IMG/VR virus record: IMGVR_UViG_3300020042_002353
Location: 1-25,623 of that record
Strand: one strand, 5' to 3'
Length of the DNA stretch: 25,623 nt
Source: a virus
Lineage: Duplodnaviria; Caudoviricetes
Below the pieces are notes generated by a model. That model saw only the letters and a program-made list of their open reading frames with translations. It did not search any database and was not told the DNA's origin. Shown here in pieces: positions 16,846 to 24,231 of the stretch (the first letter of the stretch is position 1; each line of letters begins with the position of its first letter). Made by a program: the position numbers and the translations under genes.

Positions 16846-19800
16846 ATGGCAATTAATGTAAATGTAAATACGCAAGGCAGAGCACCATTAAGTGCAGAGC
16901 AATTGCAAGCATTCTCTAACCAAGCTTTTGGTACTGGTGCTGCTCCTCAGGTAGAAATACCTGGGACAGAAGCAGTTAAACAAGCTATGGATGTATATAA
17001 TCCTCAACCTATTCCCGTAGTACCTCTACCAGTTGGAAGTATTGCTGGACCAGTAAATGTAAACAGGTTATCTGCTCAATCTACTCCTGAAGATTTAGCT
17101 CAGGCTACTCAATCATCTTTTGCTGGTCGAGAAAGATTAGGCTTAGTAGAAGATGAACAAGGTATGCCTCAGTTTGATCCTCAGACTGGTGAGTATATAA
17201 CTCAACCTATTACTATGGTTGATTATGGTCAACAACAAGAAGCTGACTTATCTACTAGACCTAATATGGCTCCTGCTTTAATGACTGAAGATCCAGTAGA
17301 AGCAGGTCAAGCTATTCTTAGAGCAAGAGCAGAAGTATCTTCAGCAGAGTCTATGCCAGCTGGTACATCTCAATTCATGGGTATGGATGATAGTACTATT
17401 AAACAATGGGCTGATAGTGCAGCACCTGCATTAAGCATGGTGTCAGATGCTACTGCTGCTGATTTGTTTAGTCCTGAAGCTGTTATTAGAAGTACTGCTG
17501 AAGGGTACTATGGTGTTCCTGCTGGTCTAGAGATTATGAATACTAACAATATTCCTTTAGAATATGCTAGACCAATATCTACAGTGTTAGGTATTGCACA
17601 TGCACGAGCTACTGAGCAAACACGATTGTTTAGAAATGGTATTAAAACAGATCCATTTGAAGATGTTGCTGAAGTAAGAGATAAGAACGGTAATCTTATG
17701 GATGCCCAACCAAAAACTAATTTAGTTAATTCTACTATTGCTTCAATGCACAATGCTCTATCTAACTTAGGTATGGATATACCTGCCCAAGCAGTAAGAC
17801 AATTAGCAGAAGCTAAAGTTGAAGCAGAAATTGCTCAACATCGTCACCTGCCTATGTTAGATAAAGATGATAACATTGTGTATGGTTCTTCTAAAGAAAT
17901 GAAAGATTTAGCAGCTGAATTAAGCTATATGTCTGCTGCATTAGCTGGTGATGAACGTAGACCTTTGCCTTCTAAAGTACCACAGATATCTGGATCTAAT
18001 TTTATTAAGCCTGGTTCACAAGGTACAAAGAATTCTTTAACTATAGAAGGTGCTAAACAACCTGTAGCAGAAACAGTTAAAGATATATTTGGTTCTATTG
18101 GTGAAATCTTTTTACCTAAAGCTATGTTGTCTACAAGTATGCAGATAGAAGATATTAAAAGAAATATGGTAGATGGTCCAGAAGGATTTTATTCTTCAAG
18201 CCCATTTGCTAAACGTCATAAAGTATCTTTATCAGACTACAATAAACTTAAACAAAGAGTTAAACCACCTAGTGATTATGATAATAATAATCCAGTATCT
18301 AGAGCTAAGTTTGTTGAGCTACAAAATCAACATGCAAAAACTACTATAGGTAATGCTATTCAGTTTATGGAATATGATTTAGCTAATGCTCAAAAGATTA
18401 AAGGTGTTGTGTATACTGGTTACTCTCATTCAATGGCTAACCAACGATTCTTTAGAACTAATGCTGGAACTGATATACTAGCGTCTAAAAATGCTACTCG
18501 TGAGATGCTTAACTTTGGTATCCAAGGTTTAACTTACGCTAATCATTTCTTTGATCCTGTAAAAATTAAAAACTTACAAGACAAAGCAATGGGTATATTT
18601 AGCAAGTCAGGTAAAGCTCGTAACAAAGCGTTAATGGCATTAGCTCCTGATGAAAGAACTGCTCTTGGTCTTATGGAGTGTGCAGTAGTTAATTACTATA
18701 GCTATAGTGGTGATCCATCTGTACACAACAAAGATATTGTTAAACAACCTGAAATACAATTAATTAGAATGTATACACCTGAGATTGGTAAACATTTAGG
18801 TATGTTAGGTAAAGAATATAATGATTGGTTATCAGGTAATGTAGCTGAAGGTTCAAACATTATTAATATACTTGCTAATATGCCTAGAGGTGAAGCTCAA
18901 TCACATCAAAATCTTTATGATGACTTTGCTCAATTAGGTATGGCAGCAATGGATCCAGCAATGGCTAATCGTTTTGTTAAACTTAGTGCTTTAAATTATG
19001 ATGATGGAAATCAGAATGGTATCTTTATTCAATCTTTGTATGCAGGTAAACCAACAGTTGCAATTAGATTAGGTTCTTATAACCCTAACTTATCTGATAT
19101 GCGTGGATATGCGTTAAGTATTATTGGTGATAACTTATCTAATATAATTGTTGATAACAAAGATAAGCTTGATGGCTGGAAAAATTTCTTTAGTAATGCA
19201 GTCAATGAGAAGTTAGCAACTGATTTGTTTAAAGCACCTTTAATGCAGAACTCTTATGGTAAAGATTCTGGAATGTTCTTTGATCATGTATTATCTTTCT
19301 TAGAAGGTTCTCAAGATTATAATAGCGTATTTGCTGAATATGTATTACCTAACTATAATAGTTCAACAGAAGCAGCTCAAGATTTAGCTAACGCATTAGA
19401 TGCAACTTTAAGAAAAGTAATTGACCCAAGCTTTACTCGTATGCTTAAAAAGGTTGGTCGTATGTTTGCTGTTATTAACTCAATACCTATTTTAAAAGGT
19501 ATTACTGGTGATGACACTGTGTATTCTTCTGTTGATTTAGGTTTTATTCCTGATCAATTCAGAGATGTAGAAGGCACGGGTATGACTCCTGAAGGACAAC
19601 CATATACTACTGTAGATAGAGGTATTGAAACAAATACTTACCTAGCTCCTGAAGGTATTGTTGAAGTACAAGCTGCAAGAAGGATGTACAATGCTGCTGC
19701 TGGTAAACCTAATCAATCATTCTATAACAAAGCTAAAAATAAATTTGATTTGTTTGAAAATGCTCTTGGCTCTGCATTGTCTAGATTGTTAGGTGTTATG

Positions 19801-20460
19801 CCTATTCAATCTACTGATGCTGACTTGCTTAAGCTAATGATGTTAGATTTAAATGCGGATAGAAAAATACCTTTACCAGTAGCTACTGTTCATGATTCAT
19901 TAATAACAACAATGGATACAATGCATCTCTATCGTAATACTTATAATAACGTAGCAATTCCTCAGGCAATACCTGAGATTAAAAAGTTTGCTAAACAATT
20001 ACAAGATGCTTATATCAAAGCTAAAGATGAGGTGTTTAAAAGAACAGCTGGTGCATCAGACGTAGGTATTGGTACTAAAGGAGACTTTCCTGCATTAGGC
20101 GCTTTCTTTGAAGACTTAAATAAAAAGACTAATAATAGTCCAGAGTATGAAGCATATATTAAAAACAGATCAAAAGACCCAATCAAAAGTTGGGAAGAGC
20201 TTAAAGCAAAGAACAATCAATTATTAGATAAAGCTAAGAAAGCAGGTTGGATTGATGGTATACCTAATCTAACAGTATCTGGTTCACAATTCAGAGACTT
20301 ATTTAATATGATTGAATCTTACCAACAATTAGGCGGTGCAGAAAATATGTTTAAGATTTTTGCAAATGAATTTGAAGGAAAAGTAGATCAAGGTTTTAAA
20401 GCATTACGTACAAATGGTAATGTAATAAAACATGGTATTGCTCAGATGACTCACGCATAG
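16846..20460 (+). CDS. Divergent single-subunit (T7/N4-type) RNA polymerase, putative virion-packaged RNAP
   Basis: Motif A YDDGNQNG (D720), motif B KAPLMQNSYG (K796-x7-Y804G805), MPIQSTDA, motif C VATVHDSL (D1017), all in the correct order; last gene of the ejection operon. Confidence 0.8.
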   Translation: MAINVNVNTQGRAPLSAEQLQAFSNQAFGTGAAPQVEIPGTEAVKQAMDVYNPQPIPVVPLPVGSIAGPVNVNRLSAQSTPEDLAQATQSSFAGRERLGLVEDEQGMPQFDPQTGEYITQPITMVDYGQQQEADLSTRPNMAPALMTEDPVEAGQAILRARAEVSSAESMPAGTSQFMGMDDSTIKQWADSAAPALSMVSDATAADLFSPEAVIRSTAEGYYGVPAGLEIMNTNNIPLEYARPISTVLGIAHARATEQTRLFRNGIKTDPFEDVAEVRDKNGNLMDAQPKTNLVNSTIASMHNALSNLGMDIPAQAVRQLAEAKVEAEIAQHRHLPMLDKDDNIVYGSSKEMKDLAAELSYMSAALAGDERRPLPSKVPQISGSNFIKPGSQGTKNSLTIEGAKQPVAETVKDIFGSIGEIFLPKAMLSTSMQIEDIKRNMVDGPEGFYSSSPFAKRHKVSLSDYNKLKQRVKPPSDYDNNNPVSRAKFVELQNQHAKTTIGNAIQFMEYDLANAQKIKGVVYTGYSHSMANQRFFRTNAGTDILASKNATREMLNFGIQGLTYANHFFDPVKIKNLQDKAMGIFSKSGKARNKALMALAPDERTALGLMECAVVNYYSYSGDPSVHNKDIVKQPEIQLIRMYTPEIGKHLGMLGKEYNDWLSGNVAEGSNIINILANMPRGEAQSHQNLYDDFAQLGMAAMDPAMANRFVKLSALNYDDGNQNGIFIQSLYAGKPTVAIRLGSYNPNLSDMRGYALSIIGDNLSNIIVDNKDKLDGWKNFFSNAVNEKLATDLFKAPLMQNSYGKDSGMFFDHVLSFLEGSQDYNSVFAEYVLPNYNSSTEAAQDLANALDATLRKVIDPSFTRMLKKVGRMFAVINSIPILKGITGDDTVYSSVDLGFIPDQFRDVEGTGMTPEGQPYTTVDRGIETNTYLAPEGIVEVQAARRMYNAAAGKPNQSFYNKAKNKFDLFENALGSALSRLLGVMPIQSTDADLLKLMMLDLNADRKIPLPVATVHDSLITTMDTMHLYRNTYNNVAIPQAIPEIKKFAKQLQDAYIKAKDEVFKRTAGASDVGIGTKGDFPALGAFFEDLNKKTNNSPEYEAYIKNRSKDPIKSWEELKAKNNQLLDKAKKAGWIDGIPNLTVSGSQFRDLFNMIESYQQLGGAENMFKIFANEFEGKVDQGFKALRTNGNVIKHGIAQMTHA

Positions 20461-20461
20461 C

Positions 20462-20509
20462 AAAATAAAAAGCCCCTCAAGGATAATTCCTTGAAGGGCT
20501 ATTTTTTTT
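20462..20509. terminator. Bidirectional intrinsic terminator
   Basis: Hairpin 20471-20500 AGCCC-C-TCAAGGA-TAAT-TCCTTGA-A-GGGCT, flanked by an A-tract on the left and T8 on the right, between convergent genes. Confidence 0.9.
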
Positions 20510-20762
20510 AAATCAGTCTTTTAATTTCTTGACGAACACTATCTGCATTTGTATCAGCCAAAGATAAAGCTTCATCTGGAGAGTAACCTTTTGTAAGGTA
20601 TCCTTCATAATTATCTTTGTGCATCTTTCGGATAGCAGCTTCATTAATATCTGGAGTGCCAGCTAGTTTAGGGTCTAACCCTAGATTTGTACATACATCC
20701 ATGTCAGATGTTTCTCTATCACCTCTTAAAGCAAAGATGTTATAGTTTTGATATTGTTTCAT
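20508..20762 (-). CDS. Hypothetical protein, 84 aa
   Basis: ATGA overlap with the Dps-like gene; stop abuts the terminator. Confidence 0.75.
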   Translation of the reverse strand: MKQYQNYNIFALRGDRETSDMDVCTNLGLDPKLAGTPDINEAAIRKMHKDNYEGYLTKGYSPDEALSLADTNADSVRQEIKRLI

Positions 20763-21223
20763 TTAAAACTCTTTCCAATAGTTGCTTTTACTTTCCAATG
20801 TAATTTACCTAAGTCTCTAAGGTAGTCACCAATATAAGTATTCAAACCACCATAACATGTTTTATCAGCTACTTCAAATAATGATTGAGCATTTTGAATT
20901 AGTATTTCAAAGTCATTACATAATTCAGTAAACATAGTCTTACTAGACTCACCTAGTTTGTTACACTCAAGAATCTCTGTTGTATCTAAAATAGCTTTAA
21001 GAGAAGGTAATGCTGGCTTATCTAACTGACGTAATTGTTCACCTAAGCTATCATGTTGCGCCCAAAGGAAATCATAAATCTCATTTAATAATTCATGGTC
21101 TTGCGCAAAGGTTGGACCTTCAACATTGAAGTGGTATCCATGTGACTTATAGTATACAACAAAATTATCTGCAAAAAGGTTACGAAGAGGTAGTACTACA
21201 ATAGAACTATTACCCTTGTGCAT
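20759..21223 (-). CDS. dps: Dps/ferritin-like protein
   Basis: KSHGYHFNVEGPTFAQDHELLNEIY...HDSLGEQLRQL...KLHWKV matches the Dps signature; start reassigned to ATG 21223 with GGAGG RBS. Confidence 0.8.
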   Translation of the reverse strand: MHKGNSSIVVLPLRNLFADNFVVYYKSHGYHFNVEGPTFAQDHELLNEIYDFLWAQHDSLGEQLRQLDKPALPSLKAILDTTEILECNKLGESSKTMFTELCNDFEILIQNAQSLFEVADKTCYGGLNTYIGDYLRDLGKLHWKVKATIGKSFK

Positions 21224-21455
21224 TAGCTTCCTCCCAATCATATGTATGTGTATAATCATCTACAAAGTCTAGATGGCATCCTGATGGGGGAAAGTAACCC
21301 ATGCCTCGTAGGAATCTTTCAAACTGTTCTATCACCTCAGTAATGTGAGAATGAGCAGACATTTCCATACGAGTAATTAGCTTAGGATTACTGTGATTGC
21401 ATTCAAAGATAATGCTATCTTCACACATATCTTGAATATCGTATTCGTTAATCAT
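21210..21455 (-). CDS. Hypothetical protein, 81 aa
   Basis: RBS AGGGGA; overlaps both neighbours; contains EVIEQFERFLRGMGY. Confidence 0.75.
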   Translation of the reverse strand: MINEYDIQDMCEDSIIFECNHSNPKLITRMEMSAHSHITEVIEQFERFLRGMGYFPPSGCHLDFVDDYTHTYDWEEANAQG

Positions 21456-21789
21456 TTAATTCCCCTAATAATTCTGAAAGTGGTTTTGACTTTCGTGTAC
21501 TGTTTTTTAAATCTAATTGTTTTCTTGCTTCAATATAAGCATCAACATTAGTATCCATGAATTCTTGTAATGCTACTAATTCACTAATAATTAAAGATAA
21601 CTTTTTAGCTTTCTCAACATAATCTTTTTCTTTATAAATACTAAAGTCTAATGTAACATTCCTATTACAATCAGAGATAGTAACATTAGTATCCATAGAC
21701 CAATCACAGATATCACAACTAACTTCAATAGCTGCTAATCCATGTTTACTGTTAAGGAATTTTCTTGAGTTATATTTTTTAGATTTCAT
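21448..21789 (-). CDS. Hypothetical protein, 113 aa
   Basis: Start reassigned to ATG 21789 (AGGA RBS), because the longer start at 21825 lies inside tRNA-Arg. Confidence 0.75.
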   Translation of the reverse strand: MKSKKYNSRKFLNSKHGLAAIEVSCDICDWSMDTNVTISDCNRNVTLDFSIYKEKDYVEKAKKLSLIISELVALQEFMDTNVDAYIEARKQLDLKNSTRKSKPLSELLGELND

Positions 21790-21799
21790 ATGTGTCCTA

Positions 21800-21874
21800 T
21801 GGTGGGTCATGCATGAATCGAACATGCACTCGTGACTTAGAAGATCACTGTTCTGTCCATTGAACTAATGACCC
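21800..21874 (-). tRNA. tRNA-Arg(UCU)
   Basis: GGGTCAT acceptor stem, anticodon arm GTGAT-CTTCTAA-GTCAC, T arm GCATG-TTCGATT-CATGC, encoded CCA. Confidence 0.92.
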
Positions 21875-21882
21875 TTGTTGTT

Positions 21883-21957
21883 TGGTTGCGGAAAGTGGAT
21901 TCGCACCACCGACCTCTGGATTATGAGTCCAGCGCTCTCCTACTGAGCTATTCCGCT
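21883..21957 (-). tRNA. tRNA-Met(CAU), possibly initiator-type
   Basis: Anticodon arm CTGGA-CTCATAA-TCCAG, A1:A72 mismatch, T loop TGCGAAT, encoded CCA. Confidence 0.88.
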
Positions 21958-21964
21958 ATATTAG

Positions 21965-22038
21965 ATGCGACAATTGGATTCGAACCAATGACCTAGCGAT
22001 TATCAACCCGCTTGCTCTTCCACCTGAGCTATGTCGCA
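21965..22038 (-). tRNA. Atypical tRNA-Ile(GAU) with one extra base in the anticodon arm and no encoded CCA
   Basis: TGCGACA/TGTCGCA acceptor, GCTC/GAGC D stem, 18-nt anticodon arm AGCGG-GTTGATAA-TCGCT, T arm ATTGG-TTCGAAT-CCAAT; followed by CTA. Confidence 0.75.
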
Positions 22039-22041
22039 TTG

Positions 22042-22060
22042 TTCCTATTAGGGGACAGCT
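22042..22060 (-). promoter_or_regulatory. Putative phage-RNAP promoter, copy 2 (AGCTGTCCCCTAATAGGAA)
   Basis: Overlaps the thioredoxin stop codon and lies immediately upstream of the tRNA cluster. Confidence 0.7.
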
Positions 22061-22317
22061 GTTCCTGTAATAAAAGTATCTAGTTCAGGTAGAGTAATAG
22101 ACCCGCTAATCTTTCGAATCATATTATCTTTTTCATCAGCTAAAACAAATGTAGGTACAGTCTTAACACCATATCTATCTCTAAGCTCTGGGTTATCCAT
22201 AGCGTTAACATTAGTTAGCACTACACCATAATCATAATGAAAGTCTATATCTTTAATACGACTATTCATTTGTCTGCATGGTACACATGTATCTGTATAA
22301 AATTTATATAAGTTCAA
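22048..22317 (-). CDS. Thioredoxin
   Basis: KFYTDTCVPCRQM (CxxC) and YGVKTVPTFVL (cis-Pro motif); ATGA-coupled to nrdJ. Confidence 0.9.
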   Translation of the reverse strand: MNLYKFYTDTCVPCRQMNSRIKDIDFHYDYGVVLTNVNAMDNPELRDRYGVKTVPTFVLADEKDNMIRKISGSITLPELDTFITGTAVP

Positions 22318-24191
22318 ATCTCACATCCTCCAGCTGCACATGCTAATGTTTGAGCACCCTCAACATTATCACGGTCTTCAATAAAGTTTTCCCAATCAAT
22401 AGATGGGAGCGTATCTTTTAAGCGATGATAAACTGACAAGTCAATATCCTCATATGGAGCCTGACGATAAGTACCACCATCATCAGGTAAGAAACTAATA
22501 CCAGTACACTCATCAAAGTGTTCATATACCCATGCACCTACATCCATCCATTCATGTTCTTTAACAGAGATAGTGACAGATGGTTTGTGTTCGCACCAAT
22601 AACGCTGATACATTAACCAGATATTTAAGTGATCAATAGCGGTTAAGTCTTTGCGGGTAAACCCTGGTGAACGTTGTGGGAAACTGAACACAGATGTTTG
22701 ATCAGGTTTCATTACGCAATCTTCATGAGGTACACCTTGCTCAATTAAGAACTGAGTTAAAGGATCCTTCTTATCCTGACGAATACGTCTAATGTAATAT
22801 GGAGCATGTCCTGCATGAATACCACTACTTGTTTGTGTTAATTGAGATACAGTGCCTTCAGGCTTAACACAAGTAATAGCTGCTGATTCAGAAATGCCTA
22901 AGATTTCAGCCCATTCTTGGTTAGTATCACGAGCTACGTCACGTAGGGTAGATAACACTTCTTCTAGATTCATATTACCTTGACCACGTAATAGTTGATT
23001 ATCTAAAATACCAGTCATAGACACACCTAACAAACGTTCTGACTCAGTATTAGTACGCCAGATATCACGTAGGTAAGGGAAGTAAGTTAGAGTTGACTGC
23101 ATGGTACCCATGATAGTAGCAATTCTTACTTTGTGTTTGAGTGATTCCAAAGTATCTTCGGGAGATACAACAACGGTAGATAGATTACAGAATTGGTAGG
23201 GCTTAAGGATAATTTCTGAACAAGGGTTTGTTCCATAGTCTGTGGTACTATCACGACGACCCCATTTAGCTGCTTGTTTTTGTGATGCTTCACGATTAAA
23301 GATTCCTCGTTCACCTGAGTGACTGTTATAAATGTCTAACCATTCCTTCATAAACTCGCCTACAGAAGGTTTCCTGTTGTATACTGCTGAGTTGTTAGCT
23401 AAAGCACGTTCACCATGTTGTTCCCACCATGTACCTGTCTTAGCAGTAGCATGGTCATAGTCTCCTAAGTCACCTAAGCTAATCATAGCACTACGGCGAA
23501 CACCACCTACGACAACTACCTCACCAATCTTACACATAATATCATGGCATTCAATAGGCTTAAGCTGACGTCCTTGAGACGCCATAAACTTATTAACTGT
23601 ATAACTAAACAAATCAATCAATGGACCAGGACCAGAGGCACGACCACCAAAGGTCTTTAATGGAGCACCTGCTGGACGTACTAATGATATATCCCATTGA
23701 GGAATAATACCTTTGTATAACATATCAACAAGGATACGATAAGCATCACACCAACCTTCTTTACTGTCTTGTACTTTAATAGTAAAATCAGCAGCATTTA
23801 CAAGGGTAGGTACTAAGGGTAACTGACCCGTATATTGTTGTTCAGACGAGAAGCCTACTCCAGTACCACATAATAGGATGTACATGGCTTCATCAAAACA
23901 ACGAGGATTATCGATAGGTAAATAAGAACAATTATATGCGGCTACGTTAGTTCGGCGAAGAGCTTCACCAGCTGTCATAATAGAACGCATTGAAGGTAGT
24001 GTAGACAAACTATTAATTTCATTACGTAAGATTTCCCAGATACTGTCATCTGGTTTTATTTTATTCTTTAATTCTCTCTGAAAGAAGGTTACCCAACGAT
24101 CAGAAGTTTCATTCCAATTTTCCCTACGTTTCTTTTCAGGTAAGTAACGAGCATAACGGGATTTAGCGATAAGTTGTTGATAAGAGTTCAT
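22314..24191 (-). CDS. nrdJ: Class II adenosylcobalamin-dependent ribonucleotide reductase (monomeric RTPR type)
   Basis: YNCSY, GVRRSAMISL, GTNPCSEI, FCNL, TCVKPEGTVSQL and C-terminal ACAAGGCEI; no small-subunit gene adjacent. Confidence 0.93.
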   Translation of the reverse strand: MNSYQQLIAKSRYARYLPEKKRRENWNETSDRWVTFFQRELKNKIKPDDSIWEILRNEINSLSTLPSMRSIMTAGEALRRTNVAAYNCSYLPIDNPRCFDEAMYILLCGTGVGFSSEQQYTGQLPLVPTLVNAADFTIKVQDSKEGWCDAYRILVDMLYKGIIPQWDISLVRPAGAPLKTFGGRASGPGPLIDLFSYTVNKFMASQGRQLKPIECHDIMCKIGEVVVVGGVRRSAMISLGDLGDYDHATAKTGTWWEQHGERALANNSAVYNRKPSVGEFMKEWLDIYNSHSGERGIFNREASQKQAAKWGRRDSTTDYGTNPCSEIILKPYQFCNLSTVVVSPEDTLESLKHKVRIATIMGTMQSTLTYFPYLRDIWRTNTESERLLGVSMTGILDNQLLRGQGNMNLEEVLSTLRDVARDTNQEWAEILGISESAAITCVKPEGTVSQLTQTSSGIHAGHAPYYIRRIRQDKKDPLTQFLIEQGVPHEDCVMKPDQTSVFSFPQRSPGFTRKDLTAIDHLNIWLMYQRYWCEHKPSVTISVKEHEWMDVGAWVYEHFDECTGISFLPDDGGTYRQAPYEDIDLSVYHRLKDTLPSIDWENFIEDRDNVEGAQTLACAAGGCEI

Positions 24192-24212
24192 GAATTCCTT
24201 TTGTTTTATTCT

Positions 24213-24231
24213 TCGGTATTAGGGGACAACT
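24213..24231 (-). promoter_or_regulatory. Putative phage-RNAP promoter, copy 3 (AGTTGTCCCCTAATACCGA)
   Basis: In the short gap between the RNAP stop and the nrdJ RBS (AAGGA). Confidence 0.65.

Noticed and set aside
440-20216. Short - strand ORFs antisense to the + arm genes (e.g. 440-637, 1207-1479, 4012-4251, 7132-7386, 8672-9007, 17508-17753, 20010-20216)
   Set aside because: Antisense shadows of well-supported genes, with no recognisable motifs.
21462-21470. CCCCTAATA on the + strand, resembling the promoter core
   Set aside because: Lacks the upstream AGNYG element, points antisense, and is explained as the complement of the RBS (AGGGG) of the 81-aa gene.
21790-21825. N-terminal extension MFDSCMTHHRTH of the 125-aa ORF
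   Set aside because: Overlaps tRNA-Arg; ATG 21789 has a proper RBS.
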